This document shows, piece by piece, positions 61,169 through 64,000 of a stretch of DNA of 64,000 nt; the first letter of the stretch is position 1; every line of letters begins with the position of its first letter. Source of the stretch: an uncultured Candidatus Bathyarchaeia archaeon (GTDB lineage Archaea > Thermoproteota > CALKCG01 > B24); contig CAYWZZ010000004.1 of the NCBI GenBank assembly GCA_964463005.1, forward strand, positions 2,589 through 66,588, given 5' to 3'. Made by a program: the position numbers and the translations under genes. The notes under the pieces were generated by a model that saw nothing but the letters and a program-made list of their open reading frames with translations, ran no database searches and was not told where the DNA came from.

Positions 61169-61265
61169 CTATGGAGATTTCAAAAATCCCCCGTTTCATG
61201 GAAAACCTATGGAAAATCTCCATAGAGATACAATGGTGAAAACTAGGGGAGGGACAACATCCATA
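61169..61265 (-). repeat. Dispersed repeat A, copy 2, overlapping a 12-bp perfect inverted repeat
   Basis: ctatggagattt (61169-80) / aaatctccatag (61214-25). 61207-61265 is homologous to 7418-7481. Confidence 0.65.
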
Positions 61266-61478
61266 CAAAAGTCCATAGTAAACACATGTAGAGTTAGAAT
61301 ACCATAAGACCAAGAATATTATACACGTCAAAGGGAAGACGATGTTCCGATATGAGAGCGACGGATTCTACTGTAAAACGGCATCGACGATGGAGGTTCA
61401 AAGTTCATAGAAGTGAGGTTTGAATACGTAACAATCTTCAACGGAACAATTATGCTTTAGAAAGTAGGAAGTGAAAAC

Positions 61479-61919
61479 TTAAACGTAGGGGGTTTTACGT
61501 TCTGGGTAAGTTTTACTGAAGAATTCTTCAACCTTTCTAGCCAATTCTTCATCTATGGGTTTTTCAGATTCAAATATCGGCGTTCTACGCTTCACAGCGT
61601 ACTTCCCCAACCCTAGCATAAGTATATACTTCAACTCATCCTGGGGGAACAATGCTTGAAAACCGAAGGGTTCGCTTTCCTTTAAAACCTCCATGAATAT
61701 TTCAAAGTTTAAGTCCCGTATCTCCGTCCCCACGGTTATGTAGCTATAGGGGTTTACAGGCTTAGATTTAAGCTTCCAAAGCATTTTATCTCTATGCGCT
61801 ATGTAAAAGTCTAATCTTCCCCCAGCGTCAAGACCAGCTAATACTCTCCAACCCTGTTTATCCCTATCGTAGACGTCTTTTATACGTTTGATTATTTGAC
61901 TTCCAGATTTCACCGACAT
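61479..61919 (-). CDS. Hypothetical protein
   Basis: 146-aa ATG ORF with normal composition. No family recognised. Confidence 0.6.
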   Translation of the reverse strand: MSVKSGSQIIKRIKDVYDRDKQGWRVLAGLDAGGRLDFYIAHRDKMLWKLKSKPVNPYSYITVGTEIRDLNFEIFMEVLKESEPFGFQALFPQDELKYILMLGLGKYAVKRRTPIFESEKPIDEELARKVEEFFSKTYPERKTPYV

Positions 61920-62058
61920 TTCTATATTAGAAGGCTATATCGAAGTAAATAAACGTTAACTGAAGCCCATTATTTACCAGTCCCACGTTAACGATGCTCT
62001 TTTCCACTACTGGCAAAGTTATTCTTTAACTTTAGAGGAAAACTTCTCTAAGAGTATT

Positions 62059-62472
62059 ATGAGCGGTTTAACTGCGAAGAGAGAAGTATGGTTTATAGGA
62101 TACGCCGGTAGAAGCCCTATAGACTTCCTAGAATCTCTTAAAAACAACCGTATAGAGCTTCTAGTAGATATTAGAAGATTTCCAAAATCTAAAGTAGAGG
62201 CTTTTAACAAAGACTCGTTGACTGAACTACTTAAACGTGAAAATATAGCTTACTTATGGCTAGGTGACCTATTGGGAGGGTATAGGAATGGAGGGTTTGA
62301 AGAATACATGAAGACTAAAGATTTTGAGAAAGGGCTAAACCTGTTAATCGAGGAGGCTTCTAAAAGAAGAGCCTGCGTCATGTGTCTTGAACGTAAACAG
62401 AAATACTGCCATAGACGTTTCATAGCCGAAGCCTTAGAAAAGAGGGGGTTCAAAGTGGTGGAAATACCATGA
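62059..62472 (+). CDS. DUF488 family protein
   Basis: IGY.G, LVDIRRFP.S, Y.WLG..LGG.R, MC.E.....CHR..IA. Confidence 0.9.
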   Translation: MSGLTAKREVWFIGYAGRSPIDFLESLKNNRIELLVDIRRFPKSKVEAFNKDSLTELLKRENIAYLWLGDLLGGYRNGGFEEYMKTKDFEKGLNLLIEEASKRRACVMCLERKQKYCHRRFIAEALEKRGFKVVEIP

Positions 62473-62514
62473 TGGACGAAACCCTTAATTATAGGTAGTG
62501 AAGTAGACTTAATC

Positions 62515-62580
62515 GGCGAATGAAGAAGACGCAAATTTACAGAGCGTAAAGCTATGAAGTCAGACGGGCGGACTGACGCC
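62515..62580 (+). ncRNA. C/D box guide sRNA, D guide predicted to target 16S rRNA C1402 (E. coli numbering)
   Basis: Terminal stem ggcg/cgcc, C box AUGAAGA 62520-26, D' CAGA 62540-43, C' AUGAAG from 62554, D CUGA 62573-76, guide GACGGGCGG complementary to CCGCCCGUC. TATA-like ttaattata about 25 nt upstream. Confidence 0.8.
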
Positions 62581-62641
62581 CAATCTAAAACATCTACATA
62601 GATGTACCATCTCAAAGAAGAGGGGGAGAAGGATTTGCTTA

Positions 62642-63469
62642 TTAGAGTTCTTCTATCAATTGTTCGTAGAATGATAGATGTTTATTAGAATCGGCGTTGA
62701 CAAATAGTCTTCCAGAACCTTTTTCATTGAGGTCTCCTATGAACACGTAAAAACGCCCCTTTAACCTTTCAGATTCAACTCTAACGCTAGGTCTTATCTC
62801 CTCAAAACTGAAGCTCGCTAAAATCGACGGAACATAGCCGAGTAAGACTATTCTACCGTTCTTCATGAAAGCCCCAGCGCCTTTACCGCATCCGCCTTTC
62901 ACGTATACAGTTCCACCGCTCATATGAACCCCTGGAAAACCGCCAACATCACTTTCAACCACTATCAAACCGTTCTTCATCTTATAGCCCACATTCCAAC
63001 CAGCTCTACCGTGAACTACTATAGACCCACCTTTCATACCGGCATCTTCACCTCTATAAGCTCCTCCTAGAAAATCCCCCGTATCACCATAGACTTCTAT
63101 AGACCCACCCTTCATCTTAACCCCCAGCCATGACCCAGTTGAACCTTCTATTACTATTCTACCACCCTTCATAGCTTCTCCAAAAGCTATACCAGCTACT
63201 CCTTTAACCCGTATCACTCCACGACTCATCCTCCTACCCACCCTCCTAACTTTGGAAAAGTCTCCTATGAGTTCAAGAGTAGTCTCTTCAGCTTCACCAG
63301 CTTCCTTCACTTTAAACAGTTCTCCAAAACGTTTTCTCCTATTGCCTTCGTAAACTTCAACATTTAAGACTTCAGATAACTGTTTTTCTTCAAAAAGCTC
63401 AGGCTTTATAACATCCGCCACTACTGGAACCTTAAACTCGTAAATCGGAGTTATCTGGTAGACCTTCAA
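62642..63469 (-). CDS. fwdC: Formylmethanofuran dehydrogenase subunit C
   Basis: GN....LF.V, repeated G..M.GG.I...G glycine-rich beta-helix, YRG...GM.GG, GD....G.G. TTG at 63469 after GGAGGTG. Confidence 0.92.
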   Translation of the reverse strand: MKVYQITPIYEFKVPVVADVIKPELFEEKQLSEVLNVEVYEGNRRKRFGELFKVKEAGEAEETTLELIGDFSKVRRVGRRMSRGVIRVKGVAGIAFGEAMKGGRIVIEGSTGSWLGVKMKGGSIEVYGDTGDFLGGAYRGEDAGMKGGSIVVHGRAGWNVGYKMKNGLIVVESDVGGFPGVHMSGGTVYVKGGCGKGAGAFMKNGRIVLLGYVPSILASFSFEEIRPSVRVESERLKGRFYVFIGDLNEKGSGRLFVNADSNKHLSFYEQLIEEL

Positions 63470-63470
63470 G

Positions 63471-64000
63471 TTAAACACCTCCCTTGACCTGTATTGGGCG
63501 AGAGTTGATGAGGAAACTCTCATCTATAATGTAACTGTCAAATTCAATAGTATAGTAGTCTCTAAACCTTCCACGTATATCTGAGACAACAGCGTCTTCA
63601 AGATCATGCGAGATTGACGGGTTAACCCAGAAAATAGAACCTTCAATACTTTTAACAACTTCACCGTTTACGCAAACGATTTCCCCACTCTTTATCGTAT
63701 ACTTTGCCCTTCTAAAGGCTTTCCTAACAAGCTTATAATCCCTAGATAAATCGATAATGCGCGGATTAAAGTCGTATATTGCTATATCCGCATCCACTCC
63801 AACACCGAGATGCCCCTTAGACTTTAAACCTAAAATATTGGCGGTTCCAGCCCTAGTAACTATGGCTATCTCATAAAGACTATACTCTCTATCAATACTA
63901 TCCAGCATCGTCCTCTTTAAAGCCCTAGCATTGACCTTTTTCATGGTAGCCTCTCTAGCCTTACGGCTTATAAGCCAACCTACAACCCTCGGATACTCCG
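63471..64000 (-). CDS. fwdA: Formylmethanofuran dehydrogenase subunit A, C-terminal part (starts outside the window)
   Basis: REYSLYEIA..TRA..A..LGL..KGHLG.G.DADIAIY, YTIK.G. Adjacent to fwdC. Confidence 0.92.
   Translation of the reverse strand, partial: EYPRVVGWLISRKAREATMKKVNARALKRTMLDSIDREYSLYEIAIVTRAGTANILGLKSKGHLGVGVDADIAIYDFNPRIIDLSRDYKLVRKAFRRAKYTIKSGEIVCVNGEVVKSIEGSIFWVNPSISHDLEDAVVSDIRGRFRDYYTIEFDSYIIDESFLINSRPIQVKGGV

Noticed and set aside
433-62615. Numerous 60-130 aa ORFs overlapping or antisense to recognised genes (e.g. 433-702, 7787-8098, 28362-28751, 48374-48742, 62250-62615)
   Set aside because: Shadow frames of well-supported genes with no recognisable motifs.
1-64000. 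CRISPR array, rRNA, intact transposase or integrase
   Set aside because: None detected by reading the sequence or the ORF track.

Overview
Archaeal chromosome segment (about 40% GC) from a TACK-type lineage that also has PolD, most resembling Bathyarchaeia. This is an inference from PolD DP2 + Elf1 + Lsm_C-type Sm + Fwd/CofE + expanded UROD/MtaA-like and DUF6785-like genes. Bases 1-30 kb are accessory carbohydrate and methyl metabolism (GH95-like, heparinase II/III-like, a glycogen-type cluster, F420-dependent LLM oxidoreductases, several pseudogenes, IS-like debris). Bases 30-64 kb are mostly core genes (archease, nop5, rpl37e, Sm, endonuclease Q, tgtA, GGGPS, polC, ogg, AOR, larBC, rps8e, cofE, type-2 serS, fwdCA) plus an intron-containing tRNA-Lys(UUU). 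Top finding: the endonuclease Q gene looks frameshifted but is interrupted by a 19-nt segment (35647-35665) that folds into a canonical bulge-helix-bulge. Cutting at the canonical BHB positions restores the frame and the conserved YGKYHW motif, so this is a candidate tRNA-type spliced mRNA intron in a gene other than cbf5. Also seen: an unannotated C/D box sRNA predicted to guide 16S Cm1402, a switch-like 5' leader on a TRAM gene, a 22-aa two-Cys micro-ORF upstream of thioredoxin, and dispersed IS-end-like repeats. All family assignments come from motif recognition by eye; no searches were run.
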